DNA of 64,000 nucleotides from Kudoa neothunni (lineage: Eukaryota; Animalia; Cnidaria). The position numbers and the translations under genes were made by a program. The notes beneath the pieces are model-generated. The model made no database searches, was not told the DNA's origin, and was given only the letters and a program-made list of their open reading frames with translations. Positions 28,701 to 41,800 of the stretch are shown in pieces. The stretch spans positions 6,002,784-6,066,783 of the forward strand of contig OZ199840.1 in NCBI GenBank assembly GCA_964304625.1, written 5' to 3'. Every line of letters starts with the position of its first letter. Position 1 is the first letter of the stretch.

Positions 28701-30722
28701 TCCAATTAGTACATAAACATTATATCGTAATATTTTAATAAAATAAATTTAATACTAATTAAATTGATCGATTAAATAAAGTTAAAAAATTTTTCGTCCA
28801 GTTTTAAATCCCAGGACTTGAATATTATATCAAGGTTTGTGACTTAAATTCGTCGTAAACAATTCCTAACTGAGGGTATGGATATTATGACTTTCCCATT
28901 TTATAAATATTACATTAGAAAATCGATCATTATGGCCTCTATTATTTAAACCAATTTTAAGATTTTATAGATCTATCAACAAAAGTTTAATCATACTTTT
29001 ATCGTTGTATTTCTTTATTAATTTTAATTCTATATTCAAAGTCTGAGATTTCGTATTAAGGACGAATATTATATGTTTATTTGTAATTTTCGATGGTTGA
29101 AAACATAAGTGAGTTAGGTAAGACTAGCATGAAAACGCCTTTACTTCTATGCCAAGATATAGAAGGGGAAAATTTCTCTCTTAACAAATAAGACAGATTA
29201 TGCCCTAGGTTTCGTTCATGAAAGTGCTCTTTGAACTCTACTCTCTATTCTGATGGCAATAATTTCGATCTGCACAATATTCCAAGAGCCTTCAATTCCA
29301 TTAAATACTTCACATATTTTGATGGCCCCAAAACAAATACAATATTTTTTTACAAAAAGGGTCGATGAAGAAGAAAAATAAAGGTGTTTTTATGAGGTTA
29401 TATATTATTTTTAGTTCTTTAATATTATCGACCTTAGATGTAAACAGTCACCATAAATAATTTTGGATGACTCAGAATCAGCTACACTTCTAGGGGAACA
29501 ACTGCGTTTGCATGATAATAACATGTTAGAAATTATTACATTAGTTCATCGGTTTTGCGAATTCCTCATGGGGAGGCGGAAAAAGTGTGTAGAATAGATA
29601 ACGCTCATTTTTACGCGCTTATTAGCGCGCTCATTCTATAATATATATATTGAATATATTTGAATTGAATAAATAGAGAAAAAAATTATATATTAAAAAT
29701 TTAAATAGTCATTTTTCCCCAAACGAATTCGTTGAAATAATTCAAATACATCTCCAGCATCGCGAACATGATCGATCAATTTTTGTTGTAAAATTAACTG
29801 TTTTTATCCCTTCTAGTAAGTTAACGAAATATGACAAGAAAATGGTGCTTTTAAATTATTTTAACAAATTTAGTTTAGTTTTTTTAAGATACCATAAGAG
29901 TTAAACATGGTGGATATGTTATAGTGCTTGGTAGTAACAGATTTATTATTTCTGTGAAGGTTGTTATGGAATCACTTTATTTTTATACATTTATTCAGTC
30001 CTTCTTCTATTCTATACAATTTTGTTAGACATTAAAAAAATAATTTTTGGAATTTTTGTAACGAGAGAAATGTTCATAAAACCCATTTGTCACATGATTG
30101 ATGTTGAGTAAATCCCCAAATTTTAATATATTATTGAGATCTTAATTCTCTAATAAATATATATTGGTAAATATTATATATCCATTGAACATTCAACTCC
30201 TCATATTCTATTGCTTTTTAAAAGGTGTGTAAAACATGTCGTTAACTCTATTGTCATCATAATTCACAAATCATCGTTATATATCCATCCCAAAGATTTT
30301 TATATCATCTAATATACCGAGTAATTCAAAACATTTTATGCTTAAATAAAGCTTATTAACTAAAATTGTATTTCGGTGTTATCTTATAAAATGCGGGGTC
30401 TAAGAAATCTAGAGATCTGGGTGTCTACAATTTGAAACCGAAACCCCCTATCAAAAGCACAGAGATTTCACTCTGACCTTAAAAAATTTTGTGGACCATA
30501 TATCTTAAAAATATTTAATAAAATTTAAGTTGTTGTAAATCATAATTCAAGTGTACTTATTTGATCTTATAAAGTTAGTCTTAAGTTGTGAACGTTTATG
30601 TCTATGAGACTTCTAATGGTCCAAGCTCTAATCTACAATTGAGTGCTGGTAAAGTTTTAATTTGTAATAAATTTACAATCCAAATTAAAAACTGTTAGCA
30701 TTAAAAAATACAAAAGAGCACG

Positions 30723-30841
30723 AGCCTGCAACACCCAGGGTTCCCAGAGGGTCTCCCACTCGAGTACTTACCAGGCCGATAGCTGCTTGACTTCGGTGAT
30801 CTGACGGGTACCGGTACGGACAACTACGTATGATCGCATGC
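30723..30841 (-). rRNA. 5S rRNA gene, single dispersed copy
   Basis: 119-nt minus-strand sequence GCATGCGATCATAC...CCCGTCAGATCACCGAAGTCAAGCAG...GCCTGGTAAGTACTCGAGTGGGAGACC..TGGGAA.CCTGGGTGTTGCAGGCT matches the eukaryotic 5S consensus. T-runs (pol III terminator) lie just downstream and a TATA-like element at about -25. Confidence 0.93.
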
Positions 30842-33522
30842 GGCTACATTGATGGAGATTCTCTTAATATAACTTTAAAATAAAACTTTTATTTAAAGCG
30901 TGAGAAAAATTTGACTTTAGTTAATTTAGTTTCGACTTAATTCAGGTTTAAAAGTCATCAACAAAGTCGATTTCTCTCGTTTTTCAAGTCCGTAATTTGT
31001 AAATTAAAAATTTTTTTACTTATTTAAAAATATCCCAGACAACGCGAACAATCGTTAGGTTAAAAATAAACTATAGATTTAAAGAAACGAATCCTCATTA
31101 GCAACATAATTTGCCACAGAATTTCATATAAAAACATGACGGTAAGACGGCTAAAATAGTAACGAATCTTAAAGGAATGTTGGGAATCTCTTATAATTAG
31201 GGATCGTAGTTTTCGATTTAAATCGATTTTAGTAAATTTCAATCGTCGAATTTTTAAAAAAGTTTTGACGTTCATTTTTCGGGAATATTCTAAATCTTCT
31301 GAAAAGCCTGAAATACATAATAACCGGAAAGAAATTGATGGTTTTCTTGATGAATGGATAAACGTAGAGAAGATGGAAAATGAATTAGATTGTAAATATT
31401 GTAAAGTGAAATCATCTATGCAATAAAATAGAATTAACAAGAAAATAAAGCCAAAGAAACACACTTCGTTAAAAAACGTTCGAAGACACTTCTCTGTCAG
31501 CTATTTTTGTAGATAGAAAAATGGAGAAAAATTTGGTTTCTGTTATTTCTCTCGACGTTCTTCCGCTATCGGTATTTGATAAAAAAAGTTTTTCGGGAGG
31601 AGCTTGTTCCAAATTTCTTTTAATTTAAAATGTTTTAACATCCACCCAAACGTATCGTAGAATCAACCAAAATAAACTTCGATAATAACTACGATCCCCA
31701 CTTATAATTTATGGAAATATATTTTAATCTTTAAAAATTCATAAAATATTGTTATCGAAACGACATAAAAAGATTGTCTTTACAAAGAATACGTTGCCAA
31801 ATTTTATAAATACTTCATTTATTTATTAAGACCATAAAATTTTTTTATAAATATTTTTTTATGACCAGCTCAACTGATGGTTTAGTTTGTAGTTTACAGA
31901 AAAATTCCTATTTTTAAATAAACTATCTGTTAGAGTAGTTTTTAATGTTACCCTTGTTGACTGTTTTTTAATTGATTCAGATCAAAAACATTATCAAATA
32001 GATTTTTCATTGAATAGATTTCTAAAATGAGTAAATCAACTTACAGAAGAATTTAAAAATATTGTTGTAAATATTTTTTTAATACTTAGATAACAAATGG
32101 AACTAGCGCAATATGCAGGGATATAATGAACATGTTATAATATTCTATCTTTACATCGCAAAAAATAACAAAAAGTAATTTAGGCAAGACATTAAGAGTA
32201 ACTGCATTCACCAAATAGAGGGAAATAATTTAAAATAATTGTTTTCACTAATGTTCGGGTGTATTTCTGTCAACTAATATATCTCATTGAAGAATGTAAT
32301 ATACATTACAAACATAAATAAAAATCCCTTGATACAACTGATTTAAAATCATAAATGAGATGCAAAATAGGCAAACGATTAATTCCAAACAGAGATTTAT
32401 ACACCATTTTAAAGCTAGAAGGCGTGGGACATTCCATTAGAAGAATTCCTTCGAGTAAAAAAAGATCTTAGTTTACTGGATTTTAATAATGGGATGAGAT
32501 ATTCAAAATATAATTTTCAATCTAAGTGTCACAGTCCATGATGAATAAGTGTCTTTCTATGATCTGACTATTCTCACCTAGGTTATTTTAGATCAGGGAT
32601 CACCAGAGTACGGTCCGACATGACCTTTCTTTAAAATTAAAAATCGCTGACGTACACTTAACTGTATTAGTTCTCTTGAATATTACCAACAAATTACTTT
32701 AATAGATGAGTGTTGATTTAAACATTTCATTTAGTTACTTACGAATTCTTTATTTAATTTTAATTAAAATAAAGAGAACCTCGACGCACAAATATAGTAA
32801 AATGTTAGATGTAAAGAGAATTAATCGATAAAATATATTTTTCAAGATTTGCTTTATTTTCATGCTTCCAACAGTTCATAATTTTTAATTATTTAAACTT
32901 GTAAGTTAAAATAATTGAATTGATACTAGAAATATACAATATTGAACAAAATTATGTTTTATATTCATATGGTGGTTAATAAAAAAATAATACAAAATTT
33001 AAGAATCGACAAATGAACAACTTATTAGCATCTGCACAACTTGGATAGGATTAAATTAACGAACGATGAATTTTATATTTGACAAAATCTTAATTTTTCA
33101 TTACAACCAAAAATATAACTAATATCGCGTTTATTTAATTATACTTTAGGCATCAGGTCATCCGAAATCCCAATGAAGTCTCAAAAATGAAATATACCTG
33201 ATCCCGCCACAAGTGTTAGTTGTCAGATAAAGTCTTAATGCATTGCTTATGATCGGAATTACTCATTAACATAGGCTTTTATTGGAAAAGAATCAGTTTT
33301 GTGTTACAAATTTAAACACGAAGTCATAAATTTTTATACTTATGTTATTTTCGTCTCAATTTTATAAATAACTGTTTTTAAACAAAATATTTAATCAGAC
33401 CCTCTAGCTTAAGAAAATCGAAAATGTGGCCTTTTATTCAAAAACTTTGGTGACCCTTGATGCAAAAAATATCGTTCATAATATCAATGACTACAAAAAA
33501 GGGGAAGAAAATCTATTTATGA

Positions 33523-36200
33523 TCAATCGGTTCGGAAATATTCCAATGACAAGGAATTTAGAGATTTCTCCAGGATAGTGTCACCAATTTCGGTGTTCAT
33601 AGCAATGTAACCACCCTCAAGGTCCGAAAGTAGTTCAGCATTCTCAACACTGCCTTCATTTGACAATCCCCCGTTAGGAATTGGTTCCCATAGGTAGTTT
33701 GGTGATGGATCTTGATCGTGGTTGTTTTTAGACTGCAGGGATAACAGATTGGAACTTTGAGTAACTTTTGGATGGAGGAAAAGTTGTTCAACTGAGGAAT
33801 ATAAATACACGACAACCAAGTAAATAAATTACATTCATTGGTAGATGCATGAAAATTGGTTAACGACCATGGTTTCTGATTTCTATCAACAATCAAAACA
33901 GCGTAAATAACCAGCAATAACAATAGCTGTTGCTAATATTACAAGGAGGATCTTTGATCAAGTTGTTTTTCGGATAAATGGTTCAAAATTTGTAGAAAAA
34001 TGTTAAAAATTTTGTCCGAATCTTTAGGAATTATACCAGTGAGCATAGCAATCTAGAATATAAATAAAACTAAATAGATTTTAGTTGATTTAAGGCAAAC
34101 CTGTTTAATGTTGAAGTATAGAAAATTGTAAATATCGCGTGTTTGATCATCAAAAGTTTCATTGATGCGATATCTAAAAGGAATTTTTAAGTTCGTCAAT
34201 AAAAAACAATGAAAAATTCTTACTTTCTGCAATTAACAAAATTGGAAATGTAAGAATAGGAACCATTATTTTCGATTCCAAAAATAAGTGGAATTCCAGT
34301 GATATGTGATATAATTATCGAGAGAATGCAAGTATAAGAAAAAAAGGCCCATAAGACAATTGATGATTTTATCTCTCCCAATTTTGGAACGTTAACTTTG
34401 TTGGTTGGATAAAATGGAATCCCTCCAACTATTCACAATCAATAGTGAATTTGGAAAATATTTAACAGATTCATACTTGAAGATATATCTGGTACAGGAA
34501 TATCACAGAATAAATGTTGCAGTGTACGTTGTTTTACACGCTAAAAATTACAATTAATTTTTATCTATATTAGATTTCAATTTGTCAAATCTACTCTCTC
34601 CATTGGAAAAACATGATAAAGATAGGTGGAGATTTTGCGTTGTTTAATATTTATATTGTAGTTGATAATTTCTAGGTCAGCTCTAACCAATCAAAATCCA
34701 ATAAAATATACCACTCGAATTAAAGATCATATTACTTTATATTTTGTAAAATTTTTCTACCAGCCGACAACTTTGAATTGTTCTCATCTATTTTGCTTAT
34801 CAACAAATCCATTTGCGACGATAACAAGTTGTATTCATTTTTTGATGATTGCAATTCATCCATTTCTATAATAGTAAAAATCGGTGAATTTTTGTGCAGG
34901 AAACTAACTACTGTATAGAAGTGATTTGTTTCTGCTTAGAAGAATGTTCGTTAATTTAGAATGCACCTGTAACACATTCACAAGTATGTCCTTATTAATT
35001 TTATTATCGACTCAAATGTATTTATTCTAACTAATATACATTATGTTTATTATTTTGAACATCAAATGAATTAAGCTTTAGTTCCAAGCTTTCAGCAGCG
35101 TTATTTTGACATATTTTTGAACAATTTAACAGTCTAATGATGTGTGTTATTGATACAATTTAAAAACTTCCTGATTAATTTAAGCCTACTTTTTGATCAT
35201 GTCAACGCTGTAGGATTTTTCCGCCTTAAATATTATAAATATCCTACCAACTATACAATTCCATACATTCTCTATTGTTAACTCTTTAGGTGAATTTCTT
35301 TCAAGAGCTATGTTTGGTCTGATTTCAATCGATTCTTGGTATCCATAACAGTAATATTTGTTGTCGACCAACACGATAATAGAACAATTTCTAGTTGGAT
35401 ACTTAGGATGATTGTTGGGCTATATTGCAAACAAATTCAAATATTATGAAAAATTAATCGTCTCAAGCCAATCAACACAAGTTAAGCGAATATATAAATA
35501 AATACTGTAGATTTGATGAGATGTTGGGTGGCTATAAAAATCCTTTTCAACTTTAAAAAATGCACACCATCCATCCCATGGTATTTAATCCAAAAACAAA
35601 TATAAAATTCTAAATCAATTAAATTTAAAACGCCATTTCGACGTGAATGAATACCGTTTTCACTGAGAAAATCGTTTTTTAATGGTGTTTCCAACGTGAA
35701 TTCTTTCCATACAGGACTCTAGGAAAAATTATAAGAGCGGTCAAACCATATGGAGAAATACGTAATTATTGGAGATGAATTCACTCCGATAAACACCTTC
35801 AAAAATATACAAAATAAAAATACTCATATGATAATCAAAACTCACATTTAGCAAGATTCAACGATCTATGCAATGTGTATCCAATGGCAAAGTTAAATCT
35901 ATGATTTTTATCTATCATATTCTGATTCATATTAAATAGCATGATTCTTCGTACATTTCTCAGATGGTTCTATTTGTTTTTTTAATTGAATGAAAATGTA
36001 TTTCGAATTTTGAATACATGGTTCATATGCTGGTTGTTTATTTCCTTATCTACGATCAATAGATTGGCACTCATTCTTGGTTCGGATACAGTTGGCCAGC
36101 AGCTGAATCAGTTCCTATTCAAACCCATCCAACGAACAAACAGCGATAAAATAATCCAATAAAAGTATTGCGCATATTTGTGGGTCAACGTTTTACTCAA
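33523..36200 (-). CDS. Uncharacterised multi-exon gene, possibly with an N-terminal beta-propeller
   Basis: The last five exons splice in frame via short GT-AG introns (GGIPFYPT...CRK|YRINETF...IKQ|IAMLTG...RSSL|NQKPW...NE|FEQLFL...RTD*). An upstream ICAILLLDYFIAVCSLDG resembles a WD40 strand. The 5' end is unresolved. Confidence 0.45.
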
Positions 36201-38039
36201 TAATTGTATTTGTTATAAATGTATGCTCTCATTTTTTTACAAATAAAAAGGTTGATAGGATTTTTATTTCAATCATTTTTACTCAACAGCTCCTTCCGTC
36301 AACCAGCGACTTACAATTTTAATCCCCAGGTATTTAAAAAATAACTAAAGTAATTAATAAATTTGAAATGTTAGCTATCATGTGCATTTTTAAAGTAAAT
36401 TGGAATTTAATGAACTCATTCTTAATCCCAATGCATGATATATGTTAATATTTTAATCCGACATTAATACCTCTACCTGCATGCTAATAATACACTTTTT
36501 ATCTGCTGTTCGTATTAGCAAAAAAAATAAATTTATATTCACGACAAAAATTCAGTAAAATTATCATCTAATTTATGGTGAGTGTAATGTGAAGAAATAT
36601 GCGCATTATCCACCAAACATAAAACTATTTTTGTATATACAGAATGAATAATCATGTTGAGATATTAATATGAAAACTCCCGTGGTGTTTGCTAAAAAGG
36701 TGACATTAAAATTTACGTTTTAAGTCATTGTTTCCTTACACGGGGCGCGAAGAACCACCATTAGGGTGCGCGAGACATTCTAGAAAAAATTTAAAAATTA
36801 ATTTTAATATATTCGGTTTGTAATTTTCGTTAGTCCCAATTTAAATCATGTAAGGAACTAATGCGCGTAATAATTTTACTGATTGTTTTGTTATTAATTA
36901 GTTACTATTCAAGAAATGAGACATGAAACTTTATTTAATTTATAATTTATTTTACTTAATTGTACGAAATGGGACAGTAAAGCAATAGTTTAAATTAAGC
37001 CTATTCAACCTACAAAGTCTATCACTCCTATTTTCATGTAAAATCGTAAATTTGTTATCTTTTAAAATAACATATTTATATGTTTAAGCTGTAATTAGAT
37101 TGTCAGCAATTTTAGCTACTTTCAAATAATCTATATCCTTCAAAATAAAACCACGATGTAGTTTTAACTGTGCCTTATGTCTTAATTTAAGATCCATCAT
37201 TTAATTTTATATTCTTTACTATGTTACATTTTAAGTTTTACCCTCGAATTTGTACTTGGCCTCTGATATGAATTTTAGCTAACTAGTTTTTAAAATGTTC
37301 GTAAAATAAAAATTAGACCATTCATTTATACAATTAGATAAATGAATGTCAATTTTAATAGAATATATTAATTATTTTTATTCAGATGCATTAGGAAGGC
37401 ATCCGTTTTGAATTTTCTGAAGTTTTCGTAGCCCATTGCCTCAATGTTTAAATTAAAATCTGACACAATATAGAATAAAGAGTTCTCTAGGTTATTCCGC
37501 ATAAGATGGTATATGGGCAGGCTTCTCGACTTTATTGTATACAAATAAAAAGTACCGGAATTCCTTGAACCCCCAAATGATTTTCAAGTACAATAAGTAA
37601 CCAATTTCAGGCACTTTTTAAAAACCTATATAGTTAGAATATTGATTGGTCATCGTTTATGTAATATGTTTCTCATAACATTTCAATAAAAAATGTTACA
37701 AAAAATATTTTAAAAAGTTGCTAATTAATGTAAAAATCACGTGATTGATCAATTTCGCACACTTTTTCCAGTTACTTCTTGTTTATTTTTTAATTAAGTC
37801 AATATTTATTGTCAAAAAATTCCTATAACTATACCTATTGCCGAAGAATACGATATTACTTATTCTTATGAAAGTCTCCAATCTAATGACCCAAAAACTG
37901 CCATTGTACCACGTTTTAAAATATCCATTATCTCGACTCCTAATGGCATCCTAGAGATGATAAATAAAATAATCAAAACCTATAAGTGTTTTTAAAATCT
38001 AAAAATAGAAATTATTTGCATACATGACAATTTAATTCT

Positions 38040-38345
38040 GTTGATGAAGATGTATATGAGTGGATTGGGTGGACACGAAGCAAAAAGATTGTAGTAAGCG
38101 ACGTCACGATAGTCATTAAGAGAAATCAATCAGCCAACGAAAAAGGTTTACCTTCATGTGCAATCTTTTGGGGGTTTCGTTGTTTTAAAAAAGATTCAAC
38201 ATTCAAAAATCAAATTGTATTAATTAATCTGTTGATGCTACGCCCGAAACTACTTCAGAGTAGATCAATCAAATCAGAAAATTTGTTAAAAGATACTCTT
38301 AACATTTTATTCCCAATGTAGATGAAACTGCCTTATTCCATCGAT
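38040..38345 (+). pseudogene. pogo/Tigger transposase remnant
   Basis: VDEDVYEWI...RSKKIVVSDVTI (CENP-B-type HTH) and NVDETALF (first catalytic Asp motif). The reading frame is disrupted. Confidence 0.6.
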
Positions 38346-39874
38346 AGAAACAAGGGAAGTATTTCATATATCGTTGAAAAATGTTTTTTTGCTGTTAACA
38401 CGTTTCTCGAGTTTTAATTATCTTTTAAAAATTAATATATAGTTAACTGGTATTTTTGAACGCAACTTAATCAATATCAAATGTCAATTTTTCTGAAATA
38501 ATTGTGCATGCACTTTTTTTCCTGGTCCCGAGGGGATTACGTGAAATTGGTTTCTTAATGTAGCATTTACCAGCAATGTGCCACACTTTGAATTACTTAT
38601 CAAAAACCGGCGAGGGTGAGAAAGCCCTCAGATAAATTAAATACCAAATAACATTCTTTTTAAAATAGTGATTTTTTTGTGAACTATATGGATTGGTTAT
38701 AATTATTTGGCTTATTTAAATTGTTCCTTTAACTACAGAATTCAATCAAGCGACTAAAATTTTTATTAGTATAATTTAAAATTACTTTTATATAAATTTT
38801 TGAATTAGAATTGTTTATTACTTTACATAAAAAATGGCGTGTTCAAGCAGGAATAAACAATAGCTCAAATCGTTGAGTGTTAAGCCATGAGTCAGTCAGT
38901 AAGAGATATTTTTCTATTTCAATTTTGGGTAGAATATTGAGTTAACCAAAAAAACTTTGTTATAATTGATGCATTTTAAAAGTAATTCAGAAAATTAACA
39001 ATTTAAAATAATAAAAAATATAATTTAAATCCATTTTTAATTGGTATTCTTATTTTCGCATTTAAATAATAGGTAAAATTAAGCGTTGACTTTCACATGG
39101 AGGAGGGGATGCGAAGTGAGCTGGGAAGTTAACAGGTGGTACAAGTGGAAAATTTGTAAGCAAACACTGTTTTAAGGAGTATCAAAGTATTTGTTGTTAA
39201 TAAAAACAAACAAATTAAGCCCTGCAATATATTAAACCTTGAACTACAACATTTCCCCGAATATAAACCAGGTCTTTTATTTTTCTTGGTTTAACAGGAG
39301 TATTAAGTCTTACATTTGTAACAGACGGAATTTCCTAAGCATTATTTAGCCCATATAGCAGAATTAAAAAAGAATTTTTTTTAAAAACAAAATAATATTT
39401 TTATTGTTTAAAATGCGATATAGAATATATAGTTTGAAGAGATTATTTACCTTTTATTTAAAACAGAGATAAAATGGCAATCAAATCCCAAAATCAATGT
39501 ATTAAATGAGTATTTTACCTCTAAAATTTGTATTATTATTAATTGGCCAATAAAATTACATTGTTAGAGATATGTTTTATTAAATTCAGAATATGCAGAT
39601 TTTGCTATATTTATTATGTTTTATACCAAAAACTAGCTCAACAATATCATTAGGTCTTATTTTAAGGCAGGTCTCATAATCGGGAAACACAGTGCTCAGG
39701 CAATTATTTTAATTGATTTTTGAGGCAATGTTATATATACTTAATGATATTCTTATGACAAATAAATATGATTTAACTTAATAAATAGTCATTTTATTCC
39801 GAAAACCGTAATTTTTTACCAATTGTCATATTATCGAGGTATACATTCACGAAAACAAATTCAATTGTGGCACA

Positions 39875-40080
39875 GGCTATTGCAACGGATGGTAATATCT
39901 CCTAAAATAACGCTCATATCAAAATTGTAATTTCACAAATACATATAACAATAAGTGAAATATCATTAAATAAATTTTTCCAAGAAAATAACTTAGTTGA
40001 CTTTTTAATTATAAATTGGCCAATATTGCATGAATTAAGCAGACTCATTCCTCAATAATTTGTAATTAGGTTGGATTCTA
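39875..40080 (+). repeat. Diverged copy of a Gypsy-like fragment, inverted relative to 41420-41606
   Basis: GGCTATTGCAACGGATGG.AATATCTCCTA.AATAACGC and the following ~150 bp align with the reverse complement of 41420-41606. Confidence 0.6.
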
Positions 40081-40329
40081 AGTAACCTTAAATATAGGCA
40101 TCGTAATTTTTATACAAAACTATGAGGAACGATGTACTTGCCGAGAGAGTGAGCGCGCATTCTAAAAAATTCTCTGAGGCGTTCCATTGTATCTGTCCAT
40201 GCTATAATATGTTTTTAACCAAATGTAGGTAAAAAATAATAAATAATACTTCACTCAGTTTATTTTTATTATAAAAACGGATGTAACAGGTTTTTAAGAT
40301 CAAATAAATGTGATTTTAAACCTGTTTTC

Positions 40330-40527
40330 TTATTTTATAAAAACAAAAAACAAATTATTATATGATGGATATATTATTATGATAGATAATTTATAGAAGA
40401 TAATATTGTTTTTATACGGATATATGGATTTAAATTTCTCGTCGTTTTTCGGTAATCCAATGAGGGTTAGATCAGAACCCTTAGGTTGTCCTAACGCTCT
40501 TACTTTAGAGGGAAATTTTAAATTCAA
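40330..40527 (-). pseudogene. Possible Mutator-like (MULE) transposase remnant
   Basis: GQPKGSDLTLIGLPK resembles the GRPKG..TVIGLP motif recalled from invertebrate MULE/SWIM elements. Only this one motif was found. Confidence 0.3.
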
Positions 40528-41419
40528 ATAAAATAAACCAAAAAATTGATATGATTATTTTTTGTAATTTTTATCGATTTCGAGGTCATCTATCTGCCGG
40601 TCACTACGCACATTATACAAGTCTTAGACGAGTCATTAGTAAGAAACTTAGTTGAACATGTTTCGGAAATTTCATTCATTTCTGTCTTTTCATTTGCTTG
40701 AAGTTTAATATCTATATTTTATTTGAGAATATTATACTTATATTTATAATATTTCTTCTTTCATTTAATTTGTTTTTTATACCTGCTTATCATATTTCGA
40801 TTTTATTTCTTTTTTTTTCACTTTGTAATTAAAGTTAATTACATCATTTTTAATAAACATGTTATATCAATGTTTAATGATTCAGTAGTTTCAAATCATA
40901 TTATTCCTAATATAGATTCAATTCTCCTAATAGCAATTATTGAACTGGGGTATAATCACTTCAATACTCAGCGGACATTAACATATGCTGGTTTGTGTAA
41001 ACTTATGCATTTTATAAGCGCTTTGAATGGATTTTGAATTTTTCTTTGGTGATTTTTTTACTTTCGCATTTTAACTGGATTTAGCATTATTATTCGATGG
41101 TAAATAATTACGTATATATTCGCTGACAGGAAATATCTCTTTCAAAGTAAATTAAGTGGTAATGTTACGTAGAGTTAACATTAATACTAAAACGATAAAT
41201 GATGATATTTGTCAAGAAAACCCAGTAGAACAATTGAACCACCAAATAAATGTAAACATAATCATTTAATCTATAATTATATTGTAAAATAGTTTATTTA
41301 CAATCATTGTTGCAAATACACCACATTAACACAAGTTCACGTGCTCTTAACTAACGTAGGGGGTATATCGATACTTCTTGTTGTATAAAATCAACACTAT
41401 ACGTGTTTAAAATAATTAT

Positions 41420-41800
41420 ATAGATCAACTTAAATACGAATTCTTGAGGAAAGAGTCTGTTTAATTCATGTGGTATTGACCAATTCATAGATAAAAGGTC
41501 AAGTAAATTATTGAATGATAATTCATTTATTGTTATGTATATTTGTGATAGTAAAATTATGATACATGCGTTATTCTAGGAGATATTCCCATCCGTTGCA
41601 ATAGCCATTTCCTTCAATTATGTCCCAAAGCCACGAACTAGGTCATTATCATATGAATATATTGCTGTATTTTCTCTTATCACTTGTTACAACGGAATTA
41701 AGTTTTCTTGACACTACAATTAATAGGCAGAAGCCATTTGCATGGTTAATGTTATTTCCAGCAATTCTTTCTCACAAGCTGTATACAGATTTAATTCTTT
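41420..41800 (-). mobile_element. Gypsy-like LTR retrotransposon RNase H remnant
   Basis: LYTACEKELLEI matches the NYSxxEKELLAI motif of Ty3/Gypsy RNase H. Heavily degenerate downstream. Confidence 0.5.

Noticed and set aside
29100-29620. Merlin/ISXO2-like motifs (NGIEGSWN; CRIDNAHF)
   Set aside because: The two motifs lie on opposite strands and are too short to support a call.
31060-31464. 134-aa ORF, weakly like the 3' end of a CR1/L2 LINE ORF2
   Set aside because: There is no diagnostic RT motif, and low-complexity AT-rich translation could explain it.
33880-34430. Apparent in-frame TAA/TAG codons suggesting a pseudogene or alternative genetic code
   Set aside because: They fall inside short introns or other frames, and conserved genes here end normally at TAA or TGA.
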